From IMG/VR virus record IMGVR_UViG_3300045988_047456: DNA of 49,265 bases, one strand, 5' to 3'. How positions within the stretch are numbered: the stretch's first letter is position 1; the number at the start of each line of letters is the position of its first letter. The position numbers and the translations under genes were made by a program. Positions 23,520 through 32,751 of the stretch are shown one piece after another. Source of the DNA: a virus. The notes under the pieces were generated by a model. The model searched no databases. It was given only the letters and a program-made list of their open reading frames with translations, and was not told the origin of the DNA.

Positions 23520-23775
23520 CGTAAAGCAGCAGGTTATCCAGGAATTCAGCGACAGCTACGGAAACGAGATTCACGAAGGAGACCTTCTTCTTCTCTGTAT
23601 CAAAAAAGCAGAGAAAACAGAGAATGTCCTCTGTGTCTTCAAAGGAACCAAGGGACAGTACCTGGTAACCAGCACCGTAGATCATAAATTCTTAAACCAG
23701 TACCGTCTGAGCTCTGTAAATGAGTGCCAGGTGGTAGAGGGTATCAGATTAAAGAAAGTGGAGGATGAAGAATAA
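23506..23775 (+). CDS. hypothetical protein
   Basis: 89-aa ORF overlapping both neighbours by a few nt. Confidence 0.5.
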   Translation: MAGINVKQQVIQEFSDSYGNEIHEGDLLLLCIKKAEKTENVLCVFKGTKGQYLVTSTVDHKFLNQYRLSSVNECQVVEGIRLKKVEDEE

Positions 23776-24611
23776 TGGCAGCAGAAAAGAAAAGCACAGC
23801 ACTGGCAACTGTTGATTCATTTCAGATCGTAACCGGCATGGAAGGCATGGATGAGGACCTCCTGGCCGAGCTGGAAGATGAAATGGACGACCTGGACGAT
23901 GTGAAAGGAATCTCCTGCAGGCACATCAAGATTCCGTCCGGAGGCGGCAAAGCGTATGAGGTCGAAGGCGATGATCCGGATGATCCGGATATCGAAAAAG
24001 AGATCGAGGCAGTGATCATTTTTACTCACAGAATGAACTCCTACTGGGAGGGTGAATTCGGAGCTACCGCGGAAGACGGTTCCCCGAACATTCCGAAATG
24101 CAGCAGCATGGACGGAAAGACCGGAGTCGATCTGGATACTGGAGAGGTCAAGACCTGTGAGAACTGCCCTCTGAACCAGTATGCAGATGATGGATCCGGA
24201 AAGCCATGCAAGAACATCCGCCGTCTGTACCTTCTTATTTCCGGGAAACCGGGCGTTTATCTTCTCAGCGTTCCGCCGACATCTATCAAGGATGTAAATA
24301 AGCAGCTGGCCAAGATCATGGGAATTCAGAAGATCCCGTATAGCAAGATGGTGGTTCGCCTGAAACTGGAGACTGCAGTAAATCGCGGCGGAATCAAATA
24401 TAGCAAAGTGGTCATCGAAAAAGCCGGTATCCTTCCAAAAGACATCTGGCCAACAACCTCAGCCATGAGAAAAGAGCTGAAGGAAAAATATAAAGACGTA
24501 GCGATCACTCCAGATGATTACAACCAGGGCAGCAGCTCCGCACCGGTTGACAAGGAAGGATTCATGGACGTGGATGGAGCTATCACAGAAGACGTACCTT
24601 TTAACCAGTAA
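23775..24611 (+). CDS. replication/recombination-module protein with acidic N-terminus and Cys cluster (function unresolved)
   Basis: 278 aa. 'IKIPSGGGKAYEVEG', then 'CSSMDGKTG....CENCPLNQY...GKPCKNIRRLYLL'. It lies directly upstream of the primase-helicase. Confidence 0.5.
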   Translation: MAAEKKSTALATVDSFQIVTGMEGMDEDLLAELEDEMDDLDDVKGISCRHIKIPSGGGKAYEVEGDDPDDPDIEKEIEAVIIFTHRMNSYWEGEFGATAEDGSPNIPKCSSMDGKTGVDLDTGEVKTCENCPLNQYADDGSGKPCKNIRRLYLLISGKPGVYLLSVPPTSIKDVNKQLAKIMGIQKIPYSKMVVRLKLETAVNRGGIKYSKVVIEKAGILPKDIWPTTSAMRKELKEKYKDVAITPDDYNQGSSSAPVDKEGFMDVDGAITEDVPFNQ

Positions 24612-24661
24612 ACAACGGGGGGGCTCAGGCCCCTATCCCCCTCGATTTGTAGGAGGGCAAC

Positions 24662-27418
24662 ATGAATACGGAAATGGCGGACCTCGACAGCATAGTCGAT
24701 TACAGAAGTGAATATGGCGTCATTAAGAAAGCGAAGATCACAGGTGATCAGTTGATAGGTCTCTGCCCTTTCCACGATGACAGCAACAACAGTTTCTCGG
24801 TGAATTTAAAGACCGGACAATGGCATTGTTTTGCAGAAGACCGCGGCGGAAACTTCCTGGACTTCTATGCAGAGTTAAATGGCTGCGATACAAAGGAAGC
24901 CTATGCAAAGATCATGGAAAAATATGGAGTTGACACCGGAGAGCAGAAAAAACTGGAAGCGCAGAAAAAAAGCTACAGTTTAACACAGTATGCCTTCGAG
25001 AAAAAGCTCCCGGAAGAATGGCTGGCCAGTGAGTGTTTCTTAAGTACCGTCAAAGATAAGCGAGCCGGTGCTTCTTACATGAAAATCCCGTATCTGGACG
25101 AGAACCGGAAAGAATCAACCTATCGAAAGCGCTTTGCACATAAGGACTTCCGGTGGAAATATGGCTCTTCCGGAAAGATCGGGCTGTACGGAGAATGGAG
25201 ACTGCCGGAGATCCGCAGCGTAGGCTATGCGGCCATGGTGGAAGGAGAATCCGACTCACAGTCAATGTGGTACATGGGTATCAGCTGCCTGGGCGTTCCA
25301 GGGGCGTCCATGTTCAAGCCGCACCAGGCAGCCATGCTGCAGGACTTAAAGATTTACCTGCACGTTGAACCGGATCAGGGCGGCGAGACGTTCCTCCGGA
25401 AAATGCTGGCAGGATTAAGAGAAGGCGGATTCATCGGAGAAGTATACCGCTTTTCCTGCAGCAGGATCCAGGGATGCAAAGACCCGTCAGATGTCTATGT
25501 CAAATTCGGAAAAGAGGAAGCACAGAAGAAGATTCTGCAGCTGATCAAAAATGCAGAGAAGATCGACCTGGATGCTCCGGAAGAAATCCCGGAAGCCATA
25601 CAGGGAGCCCCGGTGAATTTAAGACAGCCAGAGAGCTGGATATATTCAGATAAAGGGATCAGCCACATCGATGAGAAGCAGTACACACCAAAGATGGTCT
25701 GCAGGACTCCGATCATATTAACGCAGCGTCTCCGGAGCATTGAGTCCGGAGAGGAAAAGATAGAGATCGCCTTCAAGAGAGATGGATCCTGGCACAAAGC
25801 TATCTTCCCGCGATCAACAATATTCACAGCAAGAGGCATCACCGTCCTGGCCGATCTTGGATGCACCGTCACATCGGAAAATGCAAAGCAGGTCGTCCGG
25901 TTCCTGGCGGCTCTGGAAGCAGAGAACATTGATATCATTCAGAAAGCGGATGCGACATCCACATTCGGATGGCAGCCAGGAAAACGTTTCATTCCAGGAA
26001 GGGAACAGGGAATCGTGCTGGACATTGATCCGAGCCAGAAGGGAACGGCCATGGCTTACTGCCAGGTCGGAGAGATGGAGAAGTGGGTGGAAACCATGAA
26101 ACCCCACCGGGACAGGGACAAGTTCAGATTTATCCTGGCGGCCAGCTTCGCAGCTCCCCTGCTGCGGATCCTGAAGCAGAGAATCTTCTTCGTGTATAAC
26201 TGGGGAGGCTCCAAGGGCGGAAAGACTGCAGCACTTAAAGCAGCCCTGTCTGCCTGGGGTGATCCGGAACGATTGATGGTCAATTTCAATGCAACGCAGG
26301 TCGGCCTGGAACGTACCGCCAGCTTCTTCTGTGATCTTCCGCTGGGAATCGATGAAAGGCAGCTGGCCGGAAAGAATCAGGAAGGCCTGGAGAAGACCAT
26401 CTACATGATTGCATCCGGTACCGGAAAGATAAGAGGAAGCAAGGGTGGCGGCCTTCAGACCACGCATCAGTGGCGAACAGTGGCTCTGGCCACAGGAGAA
26501 GAACCGCTATCCACAGAAACCTCGCAGACCGGCGTCAGCACTCGTGTCCTGGAAATCTACGGTGGGCCATTCAATGATGAAAAGGCAGCCAGTAAGATGC
26601 ATCAGGACGCAGGAGCAAACTGCGGATGGGCTGGCCCGGAGTTCATCGATCATGTGATCAGCGTCTCAGAGAGATCCATCTGCGAGAAATATGAAGAGAT
26701 GGTGAAATTCGTCTCCGGGATCGCGAACGGGAAATCCGGAAGCCATGTGGCAGGAGTCAGCGCAGTGGCCCTGGCCGATGCCATGATCGATACCTGGTTT
26801 TTTGCACAGCCAGTGGAAAACAATGTGGGTAACTCCGCTGAAAATAATATGAATGTGGATAACTTGAAAATCCTGGATTCCTCATGGGAACGGGCAAAGC
26901 AGATGGCAGCAGCTATCCTTCAGGAACAGATGAACGCAGATGTCGGAGATGTTAATGAGAACGCGGTCCAGTTCGTTGTGGACTGGGTTCTGCAGAATCG
27001 GCTCTACTTCGGAGAGAAAGCCATCGGCACCTGCCTGGGTACCTTTTCAGAATCCGGAAACACCGCATACATATTCCCCTCGGCATTGAACCAGGCACTC
27101 ACGAAGGCCGGGTACAGCGCCAGAAAAACTCTGAAATACATGGCTGACAATGGCCTGATCACGTCGCAGGAACGCTCTGATCACAAAGGAAAGACCTACC
27201 AGGTCGTGAAACGATTTGACAACCGCCTCTGTAAGTTTGTGGAGTTCTTCGTCGGAAAACTTTCTGAAAAAGAGGAAGCAATAGACATCGATGACGATGA
27301 GGAAGAAACAAAAACATCGAAGCCAGCAGAGAAAAAACAGCAGTACAAACAGGAAAGCCTGACGGACAAAGACGGGTTTATACCAGTCGATGAAGGCTAC
27401 GAACTTCCATTCAATTAG
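24662..27418 (+). CDS. primase-helicase (CHC2 zinc finger, Toprim, C-terminal P-loop helicase domain)
   Basis: 918 aa. 'CPFHDDSNNSFSVNLKTGQWHCF' is a CHC2 finger, 'MVEGESDSQS' is Toprim-like, and 'NWGGSKGGKTAALKAA' is a Walker A. Confidence 0.85.
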   Translation: MNTEMADLDSIVDYRSEYGVIKKAKITGDQLIGLCPFHDDSNNSFSVNLKTGQWHCFAEDRGGNFLDFYAELNGCDTKEAYAKIMEKYGVDTGEQKKLEAQKKSYSLTQYAFEKKLPEEWLASECFLSTVKDKRAGASYMKIPYLDENRKESTYRKRFAHKDFRWKYGSSGKIGLYGEWRLPEIRSVGYAAMVEGESDSQSMWYMGISCLGVPGASMFKPHQAAMLQDLKIYLHVEPDQGGETFLRKMLAGLREGGFIGEVYRFSCSRIQGCKDPSDVYVKFGKEEAQKKILQLIKNAEKIDLDAPEEIPEAIQGAPVNLRQPESWIYSDKGISHIDEKQYTPKMVCRTPIILTQRLRSIESGEEKIEIAFKRDGSWHKAIFPRSTIFTARGITVLADLGCTVTSENAKQVVRFLAALEAENIDIIQKADATSTFGWQPGKRFIPGREQGIVLDIDPSQKGTAMAYCQVGEMEKWVETMKPHRDRDKFRFILAASFAAPLLRILKQRIFFVYNWGGSKGGKTAALKAALSAWGDPERLMVNFNATQVGLERTASFFCDLPLGIDERQLAGKNQEGLEKTIYMIASGTGKIRGSKGGGLQTTHQWRTVALATGEEPLSTETSQTGVSTRVLEIYGGPFNDEKAASKMHQDAGANCGWAGPEFIDHVISVSERSICEKYEEMVKFVSGIANGKSGSHVAGVSAVALADAMIDTWFFAQPVENNVGNSAENNMNVDNLKILDSSWERAKQMAAAILQEQMNADVGDVNENAVQFVVDWVLQNRLYFGEKAIGTCLGTFSESGNTAYIFPSALNQALTKAGYSARKTLKYMADNGLITSQERSDHKGKTYQVVKRFDNRLCKFVEFFVGKLSEKEEAIDIDDDEEETKTSKPAEKKQQYKQESLTDKDGFIPVDEGYELPFN

Positions 27419-27426
27419 CTCCTAAA

Positions 27427-27717
27427 TGTTACTCCTTTTTAAAAGGAGTAACATTGGAGTAACAAAAGGAGTAACAAAAAAAGCCAGTATTTATGCGGCT
27501 TTAGAGGGTATGTTACTCCTGTTACTCCTAAAATAGAGATATATAGTGTTTTTATGGAAATTTGTACCCTGTGTACCCAAAAACGGTACAAATGGTACAA
27601 ATTTTAAAAAATTTCATTGTGTATTTAAAAAAAGGAGTAACAGGAGTAACAATGCCCGGAGCCCTAGTAAAATCAAGGGTTTTCGTGTTACTCCTTTTTA
27701 AAATCAAAAGGAGTAAC
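27427..27717. repeat. iteron-type origin of replication
   Basis: Ten copies of GGAGTAAC or its complement GTTACTCC at 27428, 27445, 27456, 27468, 27512, 27521, 27634, 27643, 27687 and 27710. Two pairs form perfect palindromes. The central AT-rich core carries a second inverted repeat, AAATTTGTACC...GGTACAAATTT. It lies directly after the primase-helicase. Confidence 0.7.
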
Positions 27718-27721
27718 AAAA

Positions 27722-28285
27722 ATGAAATGTACATGGCAAGAATTCACCGAAAAGCTCCGAATATACCGTAAAAACAGGGAAAACGTGCCCTTGCAGGAGC
27801 TGAAAACAAAATATGCAAAGGGATACAACAAACTCGTTTCAGATTTGTACCAGATGGCCGCGGAAGTTTTAAGAGATGTGATCTGCTCCGGAATGTACAC
27901 AATGACCTGTGATACTGCAGAAAGAAAAGAGCTGGCAGACCGGATAAACCAGATCATTGATTCAGAAAAAGAGGCAGGAATAGGCAAGGAACTCCGTCAG
28001 GCCATGTTTAAGGAATACGATCCGGAGAAGTTTTTGGGTATCGCAGTCGAGAAGCTACATATGCCGGCGTGGTACCAGGCATACGCTCCGTACTGGGTGT
28101 CGAAATGTAAAAAAGGGCAGGACGGACGGATCCGGTGTGATCTGCTTCCGGAATTTTGCTGGGACGAAAGCTGTCAGGTATGGATAAGGGAAGACAACGG
28201 CACATGGGAATTTACATCCATGCTGCCGCCAACAATGGAAATGGTTAGAAAAGAACAGGAGGACATGAAATGCCACAGGACGTAA
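27722..28285 (+). CDS. hypothetical protein
   Basis: 187 aa. The last iteron (AAAGGAGTAAC) doubles as its RBS. Confidence 0.5.
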   Translation: MKCTWQEFTEKLRIYRKNRENVPLQELKTKYAKGYNKLVSDLYQMAAEVLRDVICSGMYTMTCDTAERKELADRINQIIDSEKEAGIGKELRQAMFKEYDPEKFLGIAVEKLHMPAWYQAYAPYWVSKCKKGQDGRIRCDLLPEFCWDESCQVWIREDNGTWEFTSMLPPTMEMVRKEQEDMKCHRT

Positions 28286-28506
28286 TTACACTCGTAATCT
28301 TAGCTGTAACCGTAGTTATGATTGTATCGCTGATCACTGACTGCGTGAAAGACGGACACAGAACAGAAGAAAGAATTCTGATCAGAAAAGAATCCATGCT
28401 GAGAAGAAAGATTGAAGCTAAGGAAAAGAAGAGAGCTGAAAAGTTACCACTTCAGAATGAAGCAGGCCAGGAGGAAAGTGCCGATGATAACAAAGAGAGC
28501 CATTGA
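28270..28506 (+). CDS. small membrane protein
   Basis: 78 aa with the N-terminal TM segment 'VITLVILAVTVVMIVSLI' followed by a charged tail. Confidence 0.45.
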   Translation: MPQDVITLVILAVTVVMIVSLITDCVKDGHRTEERILIRKESMLRRKIEAKEKKRAEKLPLQNEAGQEESADDNKESH

Positions 28507-28657
28507 AATCGCCAGAGACATACATAACGACGAAACCGAAGTGGAGGATAAACTGACAGCGATCCAGGACGTCGTGGAGCTGGACAAGGTGCCGAAAAGC
28601 GTCAGAAAAGAAGACCTGGTGGAAATGCTCCGCTGGTTGATCGAAGAATATATCTAA
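28484..28657 (+). CDS. hypothetical 57-aa protein
   Basis: ATG 28484 is preceded by AGGAGG. The track ORF starts at 28412. Confidence 0.4.
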   Translation: MITKRAIEIARDIHNDETEVEDKLTAIQDVVELDKVPKSVRKEDLVEMLRWLIEEYI

Positions 28658-28670
28658 GGAGGATAAGACC

Positions 28671-29384
28671 ATGACAGATAGAGAAAGATTTGAGAAATTG
28701 ATGCAGACCATATCAGATCGGCCAGGATTTGACCGGTTAATGAATTACATCCGGAAGAGCGACTTCTATACCGCGCCGGCAAGTACCAGATTTCACCTGT
28801 CCTGCGAAGGAGGGCTCCTGCAGCATAGCCTGAACGTATATGATGCGCTGATCGGAAGACTTGAGAAGCAGCAGGACGGAGAATATCACTACCTGGTGGC
28901 CGGAAAGAGCGTCGCTTCCTTCAGCCAGGGAACTCTGGTCGTGACAGCTCTGCTCCATGATATCTGTAAAACCAACTTCTATACAGTCGAATACCGGAAC
29001 AAAAAGGTGTACAGCGAGAAAGGCTCCAAGAGAGATGCCGGCGGCCGGTTCGACTGGCAGACGGTACCGGCATACGCAGTCGATGATAAGAATCCATATG
29101 GACACGGAGAAAAGTCCGTCATGATGGTTGAAGAATTTGTGAAGCTCTCCATGGAAGAGCGCTATGCGATCCGCTGGCATATGGGAATGGGAGACTGCAG
29201 CTACAATCAGATTCAGGCATTCAATGCCAGCTGCGAACTCTACCCTCTGGTTCTTCTTCTTCATAACGCGGATCAGGAAGCGAGTCACTTCATGGAGGAT
29301 CCGGATGGAATAAAACAGATATTTAAGGAAGCAGCGGAGCCGGCAGCAGCTCCGGCCAGCCAGGACGTATTCATGGAATGCTGA
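28671..29384 (+). CDS. HD-domain phosphohydrolase
   Basis: 237 aa. Contains 'RFHLSCEGGLLQHSL', 'ALLHDICK' (HD), 'GHGEKSV' and 'RWHMG'. Confidence 0.75.
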   Translation: MTDRERFEKLMQTISDRPGFDRLMNYIRKSDFYTAPASTRFHLSCEGGLLQHSLNVYDALIGRLEKQQDGEYHYLVAGKSVASFSQGTLVVTALLHDICKTNFYTVEYRNKKVYSEKGSKRDAGGRFDWQTVPAYAVDDKNPYGHGEKSVMMVEEFVKLSMEERYAIRWHMGMGDCSYNQIQAFNASCELYPLVLLLHNADQEASHFMEDPDGIKQIFKEAAEPAAAPASQDVFMEC

Positions 29385-29394
29385 GGTGATGCCC

Positions 29395-29550
29395 ATGAAC
29401 ACCGAAAAAGACGATCAGGAACAGATTGAATTTCTGAATGAATGGAAGCAAAAGCAGGAGGATAAGAAACATGCTAGAGAGATACGAGCCAAACTTCGAC
29501 GAGAGCTCATTTATAAAATCTTTCATGGAGGCAAGAGGCCTCCGGACTAA
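29395..29550 (+). CDS. possible 51-aa ORF overlapping the VRR-NUC 5' end
   Basis: RBS GAGGTGA plus ATG 29395 gives 'MNTEKDDQEQIEFLNEWKQKQEDKK...'. It overlaps 29471.. by 80 nt in another frame. Confidence 0.3.
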   Translation: MNTEKDDQEQIEFLNEWKQKQEDKKHAREIRAKLRRELIYKIFHGGKRPPD

Positions 29551-29983
29551 AAAAGAGGCACTGGCCATTTTAAGAAAAGAAATCAAAAAGGAACCGTACT
29601 ATCAGGATAAGATCAAGATAGCCCTGAAGACAAAATATCCAAAATCCTACATAGCAAAGATCAGTCAGAGCATGTACAGCCAAGCTGGAATCCCGGATAT
29701 CATGATGATTTATTGCGGTCACTATTTCGGATTTGAGGTAAAACGTCCGGTGGTTGGCGTACCGTCAAAGCTCCAGGAGGAAACGATCCGGAGGATTACT
29801 GCTGCCGGCGGTACCGCGCTCTTTGTACGCTGGCCGGAGGAAGCCATCCAGGCAGTGGAAGGATACGCAGAAGAGAATCTGAGAAACGCCGGCGCTCAGA
29901 TCGTGGCCGGGATTGGCGATGTGATCAGAGGCTCAGCAGAAACCCTGATGGAAAACCAGGTAAGCTATTCAAGAAGGAGATAA
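29471..29983 (+). CDS. VRR-NUC domain nuclease
   Basis: ATG 29471 with AGGAGG 9 nt upstream. 'GIPDIMMIYCGHYFGFEVKRP...LQEETIRRITAAGGTALFV' matches the PD-(D/E)xK VRR-NUC core. Confidence 0.7.
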   Translation: MLERYEPNFDESSFIKSFMEARGLRTKKEALAILRKEIKKEPYYQDKIKIALKTKYPKSYIAKISQSMYSQAGIPDIMMIYCGHYFGFEVKRPVVGVPSKLQEETIRRITAAGGTALFVRWPEEAIQAVEGYAEENLRNAGAQIVAGIGDVIRGSAETLMENQVSYSRRR

Positions 29984-29987
29984 TGCC

Positions 29988-30206
29988 ATGTTAAGTGAAT
30001 TCGAGACTAAGCAGATAGGTGACTGGTTGAACGACATTGAAAATGTCAGAAGTCTTTCTTCAGAAGAGCAGATGGAGCTCGCTCAGGCAAACAAAGAAAT
30101 CTGCGACGCGCAGCTGCAGCTAGAAGAAGCCTGCCGGACAGTGAAAAACATCGTAATGGGCGCGATGACGAAACAGCAGAAAACCACATTCCTTTTTAAG
30201 TTATAG
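29988..30206 (+). CDS. hypothetical protein
   Basis: 72-aa ORF. Confidence 0.45.
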   Translation: MLSEFETKQIGDWLNDIENVRSLSSEEQMELAQANKEICDAQLQLEEACRTVKNIVMGAMTKQQKTTFLFKL

Positions 30207-30217
30207 GAGGGCAGGAT

Positions 30218-30478
30218 ATGAACAGAAACAGAAAAGGCGCCATGCCTGAAATCACCAGAGCAATGTATAAAGATATCAAGAAATACGACCGGCAGCAGTT
30301 TACAGGATTTTGCACTGATCTGTACGGTTATGGATTCGAGGACGGAAAAGCAGCTGTCCCTGGCGTGGATATCAAGGAAGTGTATGCTGCTTTAGATCAG
30401 GTAAAAGGAATCGGGCCGAAGGTGATGGAGAGAATCCACGCCGCGCTGGATCCGCTCTTCCAGGAGGAAAAGAAATGA
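30218..30478 (+). CDS. hypothetical protein with helix-hairpin-helix-like motif
   Basis: 86 aa with RBS AGGAGGG. Contains 'LDQVKGIGPKVMERI'. Confidence 0.5.
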   Translation: MNRNRKGAMPEITRAMYKDIKKYDRQQFTGFCTDLYGYGFEDGKAAVPGVDIKEVYAALDQVKGIGPKVMERIHAALDPLFQEEKK

Positions 30479-30858
30479 AGGCACTCACTGTAGAAGAATT
30501 AAGAGAAATGGCCGGCCAGCCGGTATGGTGTCCGGAAGAAGATGCATACGGAATCGTAATGTGCGATAAGCATGGAAAATGGGCCGGAATCCCGTTTCTG
30601 CATGGAGTGTGACAGCAGGATGAAGTAGGTGTCGAATTCAATCACAATATCATTGGGCGAAAACTGAAATGTTACAGAATTGAAGACAAGAAAGAAGTCC
30701 CGATGGAGCTGGTACCGAAAATCGACGACTACGGGAACGGGAAAATGGTGTGTCCGAGCTGCGGAGAAGCGGCGGTGTTTAATCCGTTCAGATCACCGGC
30801 AGAAACGTACCCGTACTGCCCCTGGTGTGGACAGAAATTGAAGGGAGAGACAGAATGA
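30475..30858 (+). pseudogene. 127-codon reading frame split by a single in-frame TGA (30610..30612): 45-aa N-terminal part plus zinc-ribbon C-terminal part
   Basis: ATGA-coupled start at 30475. The frame reads 'MKALTVEELREMAGQPVWCPEEDAYGIVMCDKHGKWAGIPFLHGV*QQDEVGVEFNHNIIGRKLKCYRIEDKKEVPMELVPKIDDYGNGKMVCPSCGEAAVFNPFRSPAETYPYCPWCGQKLKGETE*'. No RBS or start codon lies between the TGA and ATG 30703. Confidence 0.4.
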
Positions 30859-31013
30859 AGGCACTCATAATCGCACTGATGAAATTCCTGGTCGTTTGTT
30901 GGATATGGCAGCGCCTGGAAATAAAGTTTTATGGATCCATCCAAGTGCGAGAAGTCGATAACTATATCGCATTTATCCTTTTTTATTATATTTTGAAGGG
31001 AGAGCAGGGATGA
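30855..31013 (+). CDS. small hydrophobic membrane protein
   Basis: 52 aa from ATG 30855 (ATGA overlap, RBS GGGAGAG). Contains 'ALIIALMKFLVVCWIW'. Confidence 0.45.
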   Translation: MKALIIALMKFLVVCWIWQRLEIKFYGSIQVREVDNYIAFILFYYILKGEQG

Positions 31014-31312
31014 GCAAGAAATACACAGAAATTCACGTCCTGAAAGATCGGCTGAGAGAAGCCGGAATCCCATATGAAGTCCAGAAAGCAAATGATGGAT
31101 GGCAGGTCGGAATCCCACATTTGTATCCGGAAGAAAGCCGGATCAGCGTGATTGAACACTTTGCAAGCTACGGATCCGCGTTTGATCTTTTGGAAATTCA
31201 GTTTCCGGACGGGGAGATCCGGGGATTTTTGAAAGCAGAAACAGCTTTTACACTTATTCAGAGAATCAGGGAGAAAGAGCATGAAAAGAAGGAAGCCGAA
31301 AACGGAAAATAA
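31010..31312 (+). CDS. hypothetical protein
   Basis: 100-aa ORF with an ATGA overlap. Confidence 0.5.
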   Translation: MSKKYTEIHVLKDRLREAGIPYEVQKANDGWQVGIPHLYPEESRISVIEHFASYGSAFDLLEIQFPDGEIRGFLKAETAFTLIQRIREKEHEKKEAENGK

Positions 31313-31532
31313 GAAATTATTTCTTCCGCCACTGAGCCAGACCGCACAGATGAGGAACTTTCTTCTTCAGATGCCGGTACCGGCACTTTTGTCAAGTCTG
31401 GAAACTACGGTGAGTATCCTGACAGAAAAAGGCATTGAAATAAAGGACTGGGAAGACAAGGACAGATACCTGGTGCAATTTAGACAGCTGGGAGGAAAGT
31501 GCTACTTCTTCGCACAGCGGAAAGAGAGGTAA
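31281..31532 (+). CDS. hypothetical protein
   Basis: 83-aa ORF. Confidence 0.4.
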   Translation: MKRRKPKTENKKLFLPPLSQTAQMRNFLLQMPVPALLSSLETTVSILTEKGIEIKDWEDKDRYLVQFRQLGGKCYFFAQRKER

Positions 31533-31537
31533 GACCC

Positions 31538-32062
31538 ATGGACAGGGACGAAAAAGAAGATAGAGAAATATTGAAGTTCGTTCTGGAACAGATCTATCGG
31601 GCGAAGCGCCGCAAGGGCCAGCTGGACCGGAGGCTTGAGAATTTGAAGTGCGATATGCGATCCGCACCAGGAGCACAGGGGCGTGGCCGCAGGACCACCG
31701 GAGACCATGGCGATGGCACAGCCAACCTGGTAGTGAAGCAGTCCAGCATCGAAGAGAGAATCGAGAAGCAGAAGTACAACGTCAGCCTCTCGATCGAAAA
31801 GACCATGGACTTATTAGAACTGCTGCCGGAGACGTCCCTGGAACGAGAGATCATGGAACGCAGGCATCTGGACATGGAAGACTGGAAGGACATAGCGGAC
31901 GGCATCTACATGAGCCGGAGTCAGTGCAATAAGCGTTACAATGCAGCACTTAACTATCTCCTACAGCAGGATGGAGTCCTGGACATCGTAGATGAGAACA
32001 AGGCAGTTTACCAGAAACATCTGGCTCAGAAAATGGCCAGGAAAAAATTCTGGAAAAAGTGA
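31538..32062 (+). CDS. late-gene transcriptional activator, sigma-70 region-4-like (ArpU/RinA/DUF1492-like)
   Basis: 174 aa from ATG 31538. 'LEREIMERRHLDMEDWKDIADGIYMSRSQCNKRYNAAL' resembles a sigma region-4 HTH. It is the last gene before the packaging module. Confidence 0.55.
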   Translation: MDRDEKEDREILKFVLEQIYRAKRRKGQLDRRLENLKCDMRSAPGAQGRGRRTTGDHGDGTANLVVKQSSIEERIEKQKYNVSLSIEKTMDLLELLPETSLEREIMERRHLDMEDWKDIADGIYMSRSQCNKRYNAALNYLLQQDGVLDIVDENKAVYQKHLAQKMARKKFWKK

Positions 32063-32115
32063 TACCCGGGGGTATAACCCGGAAAATATTTTCAGGAATT
32101 TTTTTTCAGGAAAAT

Positions 32116-32143
32116 AAAAGCTCGGTGCATCCGGGCTTTTATT
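32116..32143 (+). terminator. intrinsic terminator after the activator gene
   Basis: AAAAGCTCGG (32116..32125) pairs with CCGGGCTTTT (32131..32140) around the loop TGCAT, followed by ATT. It is preceded by two direct TTTTCAGGAA repeats (32089..32098 and 32103..32112). Confidence 0.5.
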
Positions 32144-32149
32144 CCGGAG

Positions 32150-32750
32150 TGAAGCAGGCAGGGCAGTAGGCAGTGACAGGGTAGCAGCTCAAGACCGTAG
32201 CTGCAGCACAGCACTAGCAGAACGCCATGCAGGGAACACAGTAGGCCATGGGTCAGAGACAGGCGTACAAAAGAAGACACCCCGGTAGACGGGGCCAGAT
32301 ATCCGCCCAGGAATATACAGGGCTTACCTTCAGATGGATAGCCGCAGCCAGGGCAGAGGGAGAAGACAGCAGGGGCCAGGCAGCAGGGAACAAGGCCAGT
32401 CAGGACAGGCCAGGCCACACAGCAGCCAGGGCAAGGACAGACAGCACAGGCACAGTGAGGCAGGGCAGGCCATGGGCAGAGCACAGGGACAGGAGGACAG
32501 CATGGAGACACAGCAGGTCAGGCACACACACCACGCACAGCAGACAGAGCCACATGGCACGCAGGGCAAGCGAGGCAGCAGAGGGACGAGGCAGGCCAGG
32601 GGCCAGGCAGCATGGAGCGCAGGTGCAGAGGACCACCCTCTTAAACATGAGACACACTGAGACATCCAACTGTGCTATAGTGGTAGCGTGGCAAGAGAGT
32701 GAGAGAGGACGAGCAAGGCAGGGCAGCACCCCGGCCCACCAGCTCGTAGA
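32150..32750 (+). other. T-depleted (A/G/C-only) non-coding tract
   Basis: I count about 9 T in 32341..32640 (3%) and about 13% T in 32161..32340. All six frames are open simply because stop codons cannot form. CAGGGCA recurs at 32159, 32349, 32427, 32461, 32562 and 32719. The 15-mer AGGGGCCAGGCAGCA occurs twice (32371 and 32598). Confidence 0.8.
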
Positions 32751-32751
32751 G

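Noticed and set aside
24617-24641. G7...C5 element after gene 23775..24611, considered as a terminator.
   Set aside because: Only a 5-bp GGGGC/GCCCC stem can form, and no T-tract follows. It lies 20 nt before the primase RBS inside an operon, so it is more likely incidental.
27552-27771. ORFs 27562..27771 (+) and 27552..27734 (-), plus the idea that the repeated 8-mers form a CRISPR-like array.
   Set aside because: They cross the iteron/AT-rich origin and lack an RBS. The repeats are only 8 bp, occur in both orientations and have irregular 1-100-bp spacing, which is incompatible with CRISPR repeats and spacers.
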